A DNA stretch of 64,000 nt from an uncultured Burkholderiales bacterium (lineage in GTDB: Bacteria; Pseudomonadota; Gammaproteobacteria; Burkholderiales; SHXO01), in the NCBI GenBank assembly GCA_964523885.1, contig CAZFYX010000039.1:169427-233426 (forward strand). The letters run 5' to 3'. Of this stretch, positions 1-7,325 are shown piece after piece. A model generated the notes under the pieces. The model had not been told where the DNA came from. It searched no databases and saw only the letters and a program-made list of their open reading frames with translations. A program made the translations under genes and the position numbers. The first letter of the stretch is position 1; every line of letters starts with the position of its first letter.

Positions 1-1706
1 ACATCTTCCCGTCCAACATCCAGGGCCTGCCGACCTGGTACGAGGTCCGCGTGTGCGAGGCGGGCTACCTCGGGCGCCGCGGCGGCGTGGACCTGATGGT
101 GGCGATGAATCCGCAGACCTGGGACAAGGACCTGGCCGAGATCGAGCCCGGCGGCTACCTGTTCTACGACAGCACCAAGCCGCTGCCGAAGTCGAAGTTC
201 CGCGACGACGTCCACGTGATCGGCATGCCGCTCACCGAGCTGTGCAACCGCGAGTACACCGATGCGCGCGAGCGGCAGCTGTTCAAGAACATCATCTACG
301 TCGGCGCCCTGTCCGGACTGCTGGGCATCGAGCTGGCCGAGGTCGAGAAGCTGATCGCCGAGCAGTACAAGGGCAAGGAGAAGCTGCTCGAGCCCAACGT
401 GCGCGCCCTGCTCAAGGGTCGCGACTACGCCGCGACCCACCTGCCGCAGATCTCGCTGAAGGTGCAGCGCGCGGACGCCGTGGGCGACCGCATCTTCCTC
501 GAAGGCAACAGCGCAGCGGCGCTGGGCGCGCTGTACGGCGGCGCCACCGTGTGCGCGTGGTACCCGATCACGCCTTCCTCCTCGCTGGCCGAGGCGTTCG
601 CCCGGCACTGCCGCAAGTTCCGCCACGACCCCGACAGCGGCAAGGCGCGCTACGCGATCCTGCAGGCGGAGGACGAGCTCGCCTCGATCGGCATGGTGAT
701 CGGCGCCGGCTGGAACGGCGCGCGCGCCTTCACCTCCACCTCCGGCCCGGGCATCTCGCTCATGCAGGAGTTCATCGGCCTGGCCTACTTCGCCGAGGTG
801 CCCGCGGTCATCTTCAACGTGCAGCGCGGCGGCCCGTCGACCGGCATGCCCACCCGTACCCAGCAGGCCGACGTGCTCTCCTGCGCTTATGCCTCCCACG
901 GCGACACCAAGCACGTGCTGCTGCTGCCCGAGGACCCGAAAGAGTGCTTCGAGATGGGAGCGACGGCTTTCGACCTGGCCGAGCGCCTGCAGACGCCCGT
1001 ATTCGTCATGCTCGACCTCGACATCGGCATGAACGAGCGCCTGTGCGCGCCGCTCGACTGGGACGACGCGCACCGCTACGACCGCGGCAAGGTCATGGGC
1101 TACCAGGACCTCGAGGCGGGCCGCGAGTTCGGCCGCTATCTGGACGTCGACGGCGACGGCATTCCCTACCGCACCTACCCCGGCACCCATCCCTCGCGCG
1201 GCTCGTTCTTCACCCGCGGCACCACCAAGGACCGCTACGCGCGCTACAGCGAGGCGGGGCCGGACTACATGGACAACATGCAGCGCCTGCTGCGCAAGTT
1301 CGAGACCGCGAAGGAGCTGGTGCCCGCGCCGCGCCTGCGCCCGGCGCGGCACGCCACCAGGGTCGGCGTGATCTACTACGGCTCGACCAGCCCGGCCATG
1401 CAGGAGGCGCTCGACCGGCTCGACGAGCAGGGCCTGCACCTGGATGCGCTGCGCGTGCGCGCCTTTCCGTTCAGCGATGAGGTGAGCGAGTTCATCGCCG
1501 AGCACGACCAGGTGTTCGTGGTCGAGCAGAACCGCGACGCGCAACTGCGCATGCTGCTGGTGAACGAGTGCGTGGTCGATCCCGCCCGCCTGATCCCGAT
1601 CCTGCACTACGACGGCACGCCGATCACGGCGCGCTTCATCGTGGGTGAGATCGCGGAGCAGATGAGCGCGATGAATGTCGTTACATTGCGCACGGTGGCG
1701 CAATGA
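1..1706 (+). CDS. 2-oxoacid:acceptor oxidoreductase subunit alpha (5' truncated by window edge)
   Basis: Frame is open from base 3 (IFPSNIQGLPTWYEVR). Motifs WYPITPSS, QAEDELASIG, TSGPG and RGGPSTGMPTRTQQAD are typical of KorA/PorA-type alpha subunits. Confidence 0.93.
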   Translation, partial: IFPSNIQGLPTWYEVRVCEAGYLGRRGGVDLMVAMNPQTWDKDLAEIEPGGYLFYDSTKPLPKSKFRDDVHVIGMPLTELCNREYTDARERQLFKNIIYVGALSGLLGIELAEVEKLIAEQYKGKEKLLEPNVRALLKGRDYAATHLPQISLKVQRADAVGDRIFLEGNSAAALGALYGGATVCAWYPITPSSSLAEAFARHCRKFRHDPDSGKARYAILQAEDELASIGMVIGAGWNGARAFTSTSGPGISLMQEFIGLAYFAEVPAVIFNVQRGGPSTGMPTRTQQADVLSCAYASHGDTKHVLLLPEDPKECFEMGATAFDLAERLQTPVFVMLDLDIGMNERLCAPLDWDDAHRYDRGKVMGYQDLEAGREFGRYLDVDGDGIPYRTYPGTHPSRGSFFTRGTTKDRYARYSEAGPDYMDNMQRLLRKFETAKELVPAPRLRPARHATRVGVIYYGSTSPAMQEALDRLDEQGLHLDALRVRAFPFSDEVSEFIAEHDQVFVVEQNRDAQLRMLLVNECVVDPARLIPILHYDGTPITARFIVGEIAEQMSAMNVVTLRTVAQ

Positions 1707-1712
1707 CACATC

Positions 1713-1805
1713 AGGCTCCAGGCCCTAGGCTCCAGACGCCAGGACCAAGGCGGGCGCGCAGCGTCCACGAAACCCCTGGCGTCTAGGGCCTAGAGCCTAG
1801 AGCCT
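1713..1805. repeat. REP-like palindrome with 7-bp periodic arms (family B, copy 1)
   Basis: Left arm aggctcc-aggccct-aggctcc-agacgcc-agg pairs imperfectly with right arm cctggcgtctagggcctagagcctagagcct. A related copy lies at 42116-42205. Confidence 0.8.
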
Positions 1806-1820
1806 CACAGGAACGAGCGC

Positions 1821-2876
1821 ATGACCTACCTAGCCAAGCCGAAGCTCCACCACCCCAGCCTCGCGAAGAACAAGCTCGGCTACGTCCGCCGCGACTACGA
1901 AGGCGCGATCTCGACGCTGTGCGCCGGCTGCGGGCACGACTCGATCAGCGCCGCGATCATCCAGGCCTGCTTCGAGCTCGATCTGCCGCCGCACCGCATC
2001 GCCAAGCTCTCGGGCATCGGCTGCTCGTCCAAGACGCCCACCTACTTCCTGGGCAGCTCGCACGGCTTCAACAGCGTGCACGGACGCATGCCCTCGGTGC
2101 TCACCGGCGCCAACCTCGCCAACCGCGACCTGATCTACCTGGGCGTCTCAGGCGACGGCGACTCCGCCTCGATCGGGCTGGGCCAGTTCGCACACAGCCT
2201 GCGCCGCGGCGTGAACATGGTCTACGTGGTCGAGAACAACGGCGTGTACGGGCTGACCAAGGGCCAGTTCTCCGCCACCGCCGACAAGGGCTCGAAGAGC
2301 AAGAAGGGCGCGATCAACGCCGACTCACCCATCGACATGGTCAGCATGGCCCTGCAGCTGGGCGCAACCTTCGTGGCGCGCAGCTTCTCCGGCGACAAGT
2401 CCCAGCTCGTGCCGCTGCTCAAGGCGGCCATCCTGCATCGCGGTGCCGCGTTCCTCGACGTCATCAGCCCTTGCGTGGCATTCAACAACCACGCGGGCTC
2501 GACCCGCAGCTACGACTACGTGCGCGAGCACAACGAGGCGGTCAACCGCCTCGACGTCATCACCGGCGCGGACGAGATCACCGCCGACTACGAGGAAGGC
2601 AGCACGACCGAGGTCGTGCAGCACGACGGCAGCGTGCTGCGGCTGCGCAAGCTGTCCCCCGGCTACGACCCCAGCGACCGCATCGCCGCCATGAGCTACC
2701 TGCAGGAGCGCCAGGCGGCCGGCGAGGTGGTGACCGGCCTGCTGTATCTCGATGCGCATGCCGACGAGCTGCACTCTCACCTGAATACGGTCGACACGCC
2801 GCTGAACCAGCTGGGCGAGCGTGAGCTCTGTCCCGGCGCGGCAGCGCTGCAGAAGTTCAACTCGTCGCTGCGCTGA
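1821..2876 (+). CDS. 2-oxoacid:ferredoxin oxidoreductase subunit beta
   Basis: LCAGCGH, SGIGCSSK, HGRMPS and the TPP motif GDGD...VENNGVYGLTKGQFS; directly follows the alpha subunit. Confidence 0.95.
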   Translation: MTYLAKPKLHHPSLAKNKLGYVRRDYEGAISTLCAGCGHDSISAAIIQACFELDLPPHRIAKLSGIGCSSKTPTYFLGSSHGFNSVHGRMPSVLTGANLANRDLIYLGVSGDGDSASIGLGQFAHSLRRGVNMVYVVENNGVYGLTKGQFSATADKGSKSKKGAINADSPIDMVSMALQLGATFVARSFSGDKSQLVPLLKAAILHRGAAFLDVISPCVAFNNHAGSTRSYDYVREHNEAVNRLDVITGADEITADYEEGSTTEVVQHDGSVLRLRKLSPGYDPSDRIAAMSYLQERQAAGEVVTGLLYLDAHADELHSHLNTVDTPLNQLGERELCPGAAALQKFNSSLR

Positions 2877-2885
2877 AGCCTCGAG

Positions 2886-3006
2886 CAACCGCAGAGGCGC
2901 AGAGGCAGGGAGGGCCACAGCGGCAAGGCCCCGCCCGAATTGCCTGTCCCCGCAAGGTGTTCGCCGTTCTCCGTGCTACTCTGCGCCTCCGCGTCTCTGC
3001 GGTTGG
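2886..3006. repeat. REP-like inverted repeat (family C)
   Basis: caaccgcagaggcgcagagg ... ctctgcgcctccgcgtctctgcggttg; intergenic, with 9-bp internal periodicity. Confidence 0.7.
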
Positions 3007-3027
3007 CCTTGGGCTGTAGTCCTCGTC

Positions 3028-3603
3028 ATGAACACCACCCGCCCCGGCATCATCCTGATCGTCCTCGGGCTGCTGTTCGGGCCCGCCTACTACGCCTACT
3101 GGCAGTATCTCGGGGGCGAGGAGGTCGGCCGCTACGAGCTGCGCGAGCGCGGCGACCGCTGGACGCTGCCCGACGGCAGCATTCAGCGCTTCGTCGGTCA
3201 CTTCGCCTACCAGCCGCTGGTGCTCGAACTCACCCCCGAGCACAACGAAGTCCGCCTGCGCCTGAGCTTCCATGCCGCGGACGGTGCGCAGGGCGAGAAC
3301 CGCTACCAGGCCACGGTGTTCGACGATGATTACCCGGTGCTGCAGCGGGACTTCGCGGTGGCGCTCACGTCCGGCGCGGCACGCACGGTGGACCTGTCCT
3401 CCTTCGCCGTGCGCCGGCCCAACCAGCACCTGCTGGTGATCGAGGAGCTCGGCAAGCCCGCCGCACAGGTCACGCACGTGACGATCACCGTGCTGCAAGG
3501 CGTCCAGCACCTGGACCGCCTGCTGCTGTGGTCGGGTGCGGCCATGCTGCTCACCGGAATCGGCCTGGTGGCCTGGCCGGCAGTGGCGCACCGGAGGCGA
3601 TGA
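3028..3603 (+). CDS. hypothetical membrane protein (N- and C-terminal TM helices around a soluble domain)
   Basis: MNTTRPGIILIVLGLLFGP hydrophobic N-terminus and LLLWSGAAMLLTGIGLVAW C-terminus; host-like codon usage. Confidence 0.72.
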   Translation: MNTTRPGIILIVLGLLFGPAYYAYWQYLGGEEVGRYELRERGDRWTLPDGSIQRFVGHFAYQPLVLELTPEHNEVRLRLSFHAADGAQGENRYQATVFDDDYPVLQRDFAVALTSGAARTVDLSSFAVRRPNQHLLVIEELGKPAAQVTHVTITVLQGVQHLDRLLLWSGAAMLLTGIGLVAWPAVAHRRR

Positions 3604-3770
3604 ATCGGGGTACTGGCGGGAGGCCATCGCCCTGACCTGGCGACAGCTTCCGACCCGATGCTGCCGGTCGGGATCGTCCGCCTTGGGGAATCCAAATCTG
3701 CCGTTGATCAGTGCCGCACGTGGCCCACGCACCATTGCATCTGGCTCGGTTCCCTCGGGTCACCCTAAGT

Positions 3771-3787
3771 TGTCGTCGAACTTGACA
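3771..3787. promoter_or_regulatory. candidate enhancer-binding-protein site TGT-N11-ACA
   Basis: tgt-cgtcgaacttg-aca lies about 65 bp upstream of the sigma-54-like motif of the PEP-CTERM gene. Confidence 0.4.
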
Positions 3788-3850
3788 CTCGATATGTACT
3801 TCATATCGTATCCTCCACACAGGCGCTTGTTTTCCTGCGCACTCTGATTG

Positions 3851-3868
3851 GCGGCACGTGTAATGCAG
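3851..3868 (+). promoter_or_regulatory. sigma-54 (-24/-12)-like promoter
   Basis: cGGCACGtgtaatGCa has exact GG-N10-GC spacing, 33 bp before the PEP-CTERM start. Confidence 0.6.
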
Positions 3869-3899
3869 TACACCCGCAGACGTTGGGGAGGAGCCCTAG

Positions 3900-4541
3900 A
3901 TGGTCTCGCTGCTAACGAGGTACCGCCGGTCTGTCATAGGTGCCGCTGCTCTTCAACTACTGACCTTGACCCCGGCAGCGTTCGCTGACCCAGTCCTCGG
4001 CAGCCTCTGGTTTGAGTTTGCTTTTAGTACCGTAGGAAACCCGGCTACTGGATGTCATGACGGTGGGGACCCGAACGGCCCCTATTGCCCGGGCAATCCA
4101 TCGGGCGGAACAGTGGTGTACTTCTCGGATGCGGCGCCATTCACGTTCGACTTGGGGTCAGGGGGATCAATTACGGTTACTGATCTGGCCACTGGCGGTG
4201 ATCAGTTCGAGGTCTTTGACCGCGGTGTCAGCCTTGGCACGACATCAACGCCACTTGGCACACCTCACTTGCCCCGGTGTGGATTTGATCCGGTTGTTTG
4301 CGGCGAAACGCTCGGGATAAGCAGCGGAAAGTTCGGACTGGGACCGGGAGAGCATTCAATCGAGATTGTGCCGGTCCGTGCGAGGGATAGAGTGGATTGG
4401 GGCGACTATATCGTTCGCGGCCTAACTGTACCTGAGCCTGGATCCTTCTCGTTGCTGGTATTGATGTTGGCTCTCCTCGTGTTCTTTGCATTGGGTGCGC
4501 GAGTGCGGGCGCTGATTTCGCGCGTGCCCTCTTCGGGGTGA
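3900..4541 (+). CDS. PEP-CTERM sorting-domain protein
   Basis: Signal peptide ending AAFA; C-terminal VPEPGSFSLLVLMLALLVFF plus a basic tail (RVR); visibly more A/T-rich codons than its neighbours. Confidence 0.88.
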   Translation: MVSLLTRYRRSVIGAAALQLLTLTPAAFADPVLGSLWFEFAFSTVGNPATGCHDGGDPNGPYCPGNPSGGTVVYFSDAAPFTFDLGSGGSITVTDLATGGDQFEVFDRGVSLGTTSTPLGTPHLPRCGFDPVVCGETLGISSGKFGLGPGEHSIEIVPVRARDRVDWGDYIVRGLTVPEPGSFSLLVLMLALLVFFALGARVRALISRVPSSG

Positions 4542-4732
4542 TTGAAGGGTAGCGACCGGGCAGCGGCGGGCTTTGTGCAGACTTCGGCGGCATGCTCCAC
4601 GCCCATGTGCACTACGCTCCACTGCCCTCAGAATGGCAGCTTACAGGCACCGAAATTTGCCGCCCCGAACACCGCACATTGGCCGATAGCCGCCGTCAAC
4701 GACATTTGCCGTGAGAAGTGAGTAGCGGATGA

Positions 4733-4760
4733 CGAGGGCTTACATCTCTGCAAGCCCTCG
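4733..4760. terminator. stem-loop, possible terminator
   Basis: Perfect 9-bp inverted repeat cgagggctt/aagccctcg; no U-tract follows. Confidence 0.35.
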
Positions 4761-4829
4761 GAGAATGCCGAACCGGCCGCTACCGTAAACCTTTCGCTGT
4801 GCCGTTCCGGCTATACTCGGCCCGACACC

Positions 4830-5381
4830 ATGCGCTCGCTCCCCTTCCGGCCGGCCTGCCTGCTCGCCATCGCACTCGCCGCACTGTCGGCCGTGCCGGG
4901 CGAGGCCGCCGTGCGGGCCTGCCCGCCCGGCGCACAGACACCGGAAGCCAGGGCCAGGGCCAGCTGCAACCGCAGGCCCCACCTCCCCGCACCGGGGAAG
5001 ACGCGGGCGTCCGGGCGCCGCCTCGACCTCGCGGCCCTGGACTCGGATGTCCCGGTCACGCCGCACCTCAGTCCCGAGGAAGCCCAGGCCGCACTCGACC
5101 GCGAGCTGTCCTTGAAGGTGGGCAAGCACATGCGCGAGGAAGACTATCCCGACGAGGCCCGCCGCTGGCGCTGGACTGGAACCGCGATGATCGAGGTGAG
5201 CCTGGATGCCGAAGGGCTCGTGCAGACGGTGAACCTGTCGCACAGCAGTGGCTTCCGCGTCCTCGATGCGCAGGCCGTCGAGATCGTGCGTCGTGTCCCC
5301 AGGCTGTACGTGCCGGCGCAACTGCGCGGGCGGCCGCAACGTGCCATCGTTCCCATCGGCTTCCAGATGACCGACCTATGA
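4830..5381 (+). CDS. TonB C-terminal domain protein
   Basis: YPDEARRWRWTGTAMIEVSLDAEG...SSGFRVLDAQAVEIVRR matches the TonB_C pattern YP..A......G...V.......G...SSG...LD.AA. Confidence 0.85.
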   Translation: MRSLPFRPACLLAIALAALSAVPGEAAVRACPPGAQTPEARARASCNRRPHLPAPGKTRASGRRLDLAALDSDVPVTPHLSPEEAQAALDRELSLKVGKHMREEDYPDEARRWRWTGTAMIEVSLDAEGLVQTVNLSHSSGFRVLDAQAVEIVRRVPRLYVPAQLRGRPQRAIVPIGFQMTDL

Positions 5382-5689
5382 AGACTCTTACGACCTTGGC
5401 CCTGACCTTCCTGCTCGCCGTCTCCACGCCCCTCATGGCGCAACAGAAGCCCGAGCACAACGGCGAGTGCGCGCTGAGCGCTTCGCTCGGCAACAAGCTG
5501 CCCACCGACTGCTCGGTGGTGTGGATCTCGCCCAAGTCGCAAAAGCTGTACTGCTTCTCCAGCGAGAATGCGAAGAAGATCTTCCTGCAGCACGCTGCGG
5601 CCAATGAGCGCCTGGCGCAGGCGTTCTGGGAGGACCCGGCGTTCTGGGAGAAGCTCATCGAGGAGCGCGACGCAGGCAAGGAGAACTGA
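5378..5689 (+). CDS. small secreted YHS-like protein
   Basis: Signal peptide MKTLTTLALTFLLAVSTPLMA; GECAL...KLYCFSSENAKKIF resembles YHS-type folds; ATGA overlap with the upstream stop. Confidence 0.6.
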   Translation: MKTLTTLALTFLLAVSTPLMAQQKPEHNGECALSASLGNKLPTDCSVVWISPKSQKLYCFSSENAKKIFLQHAAANERLAQAFWEDPAFWEKLIEERDAGKEN

Positions 5690-6133
5690 GTGGCGCACGT
5701 CGAACCGCCAGCGGTCCTGCTGCGCTACATCGAGGGCTTGAGGACGCATGACGTCGACCTCGTCGCCAGCACGGTGGCTGACGACCTGGTGTTCATCGCT
5801 GCCACGCGCCGGCTCGACAAGCCGACGTTCCTGTCGATGCTGCGGGCCCTGTACACCGGCTTCCCGGACTGGAGCTACGGCTACGACGGGGCCGAACTCG
5901 ACGACGGCGTGTACGCGATCAAGTGGCGCCAGGGCGGCACTCACACCGGCACGTGGAACCTCGCCGGCATGGCGCCGATCCCGCCCACCGGCAAGCCGGT
6001 GCGCATTCCCGAGCACTACTTCTTCTATCGCATCCGCGACGGCAAGCTGGTCGAGATCCGGCCCGATCCGGTGCCTGGCGGCGCACCGCGCGGGATACTG
6101 GAGCAGATCGGCGTCGCCGCCCCACCCCTCTGA
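5690..6133 (+). CDS. SnoaL-like ester cyclase / NTF2-fold protein
   Basis: LYTGFPDW...WRQGGTHTG...PPTGKPV...RIRDGKLVE is the SnoaL-like signature. Confidence 0.88.
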   Translation: MAHVEPPAVLLRYIEGLRTHDVDLVASTVADDLVFIAATRRLDKPTFLSMLRALYTGFPDWSYGYDGAELDDGVYAIKWRQGGTHTGTWNLAGMAPIPPTGKPVRIPEHYFFYRIRDGKLVEIRPDPVPGGAPRGILEQIGVAAPPL

Positions 6134-6201
6134 CCTTCGGGCGGCGGGTTGACCCGCAGCCGGAACAGCCCGCCACATGGCGGCGCAGATACAATCCAGT
6201 C

Positions 6202-6756
6202 ATGGAGTATCGTCGCTTCCGCCCCGCCGACGCATCCGCCGTCCTCTCCCTGCAGGACGCCAACCAGCGCGACACTACCGCCCTGCCGCAGCAGGGCTTC
6301 CTGTCCGCGCGCCTCGACGCGGGTCAGTTCGCGGAGATCGCTCTCGACCTGGCGGTGATGGTCGCAGTCGAAGGCGACGCCATGGCGGGCTACCTGTGCG
6401 CCGCGCATGCCGCGCTCGGCGCAGGCATCCCGGTGGTGGCGGCGATGCTCGAGCAGCTGCCGCACACGAGCTTCCTCGGTCGTCCGCTCGCGAACCAGCG
6501 CACGTTCGTCTACGGGCCAGTGTGCGTGGCGCAGGTGTTCCGTGGCCGGGGCGTGCTGCGCGGCCTGTACGACGCGCTCCGGCGCGAGATCGCGGGCGAC
6601 TACGATGCCGGCGTGCTGTTCGTCGCGAAAGACAACCTGCGCTCCCTGCACGCGCACGCCGATGGCCTGGGCATGTCCCTGGTCGGAGACTTCGAGTGCG
6701 GCGCGCGCCGCTACTGGATCCTCGCCTTTCCGATTCCCCTGCCGCCGCACTGCTGA
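6202..6756 (+). CDS. GNAT family N-acetyltransferase
   Basis: Acetyl-CoA motif YGPVCVAQVFRGRGVLRGLY followed by N..SLHAH. Confidence 0.85.
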   Translation: MEYRRFRPADASAVLSLQDANQRDTTALPQQGFLSARLDAGQFAEIALDLAVMVAVEGDAMAGYLCAAHAALGAGIPVVAAMLEQLPHTSFLGRPLANQRTFVYGPVCVAQVFRGRGVLRGLYDALRREIAGDYDAGVLFVAKDNLRSLHAHADGLGMSLVGDFECGARRYWILAFPIPLPPHC

Positions 6757-6943
6757 TCGCGCATGCGCGACGCGGCGCGATCCGCGCGGCTGCAAAAGGT
6801 GCAGCCTGCCTGTAAGCGCGACAGCACTGCGTTCGCTCCCGCTGGAGCAGCCACGGCGCCGACGGCAGTGCGCCCCAGCAACAGGCAACCCGCCGTGTTG
6901 CCGGTTCCGACAGCAACCGCGCAATTCGCGCAGCCCATGCCGC

Positions 6944-6960
6944 GAGGCACGACGCTTGCG
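6944..6960 (+). promoter_or_regulatory. sigma-54-like promoter
   Basis: aGGCACGacgcTTGCg is a close match to TGGCACG-N4-TTGC, upstream of the glycosylation cluster. Confidence 0.6.
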
Positions 6961-7047
6961 GCACGCCGGCATCGCGCGCTCCGCCCTCAGCGGACCGCGG
7001 CTGCCCGCGCAGACGAGGCAGCACCGAGACGAGACAGGGACCGCGGC

Positions 7048-7287
7048 ATGCGCACAGACTCCTCCGACCTGGTCGACGGCTTCGCCGGTCTGCGAGTCCT
7101 CGTCCTGGGCGATGCCGTCCTCGACCGCTATCTCGAAGGCGAGCAGCTGTACTTGTCGCACGAGGCGCCGGTACCTGGCGTCACGGTCTCGCGCCGGCAG
7201 GACACCCCGGGCGGCGCGGCCAACACTGCCGGCGCGGCGGCTGCCATCGCCAGGAGCTGCCCACCACCGTGCAGGACAGGCGCGTGA
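7048..7287 (+). pseudogene. N-terminal fragment of RfaE/HldE heptose-7-phosphate kinase (PfkB family)
   Basis: LRVLVLGDAVLDRYL...SHEAPVPGV....PGGAANTA matches the HldE kinase N-terminus; similarity ends after about 60 codons. Confidence 0.8.
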
Positions 7288-7325
7288 ACGCGCCCGAGTT
7301 CCTGCCGATGGAGCTGCCCGCATGA
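7245..7325 (+). pseudogene. 3' remnant of a deleted gene (HRQELPTTVQDRRVNAPEFLPMELPA*), probably a glycosyltransferase
   Basis: Lies in a different frame from the RfaE fragment; its TGA overlaps the ATG of the next gene (ATGA). The GT assignment is from recall only. Confidence 0.4.

Noticed and set aside
3600-4760. Prophage or integrative element
   Set aside because: No integrase, tRNA, att-like direct repeats or phage genes; only a compositional shift.
6407-7321. N-terminal extension of the 960-aa ORF
   Set aside because: It overlaps the GNAT gene and rfaE fragment in other frames. GT2 similarity starts at ATG 7322, which is coupled to an upstream stop.
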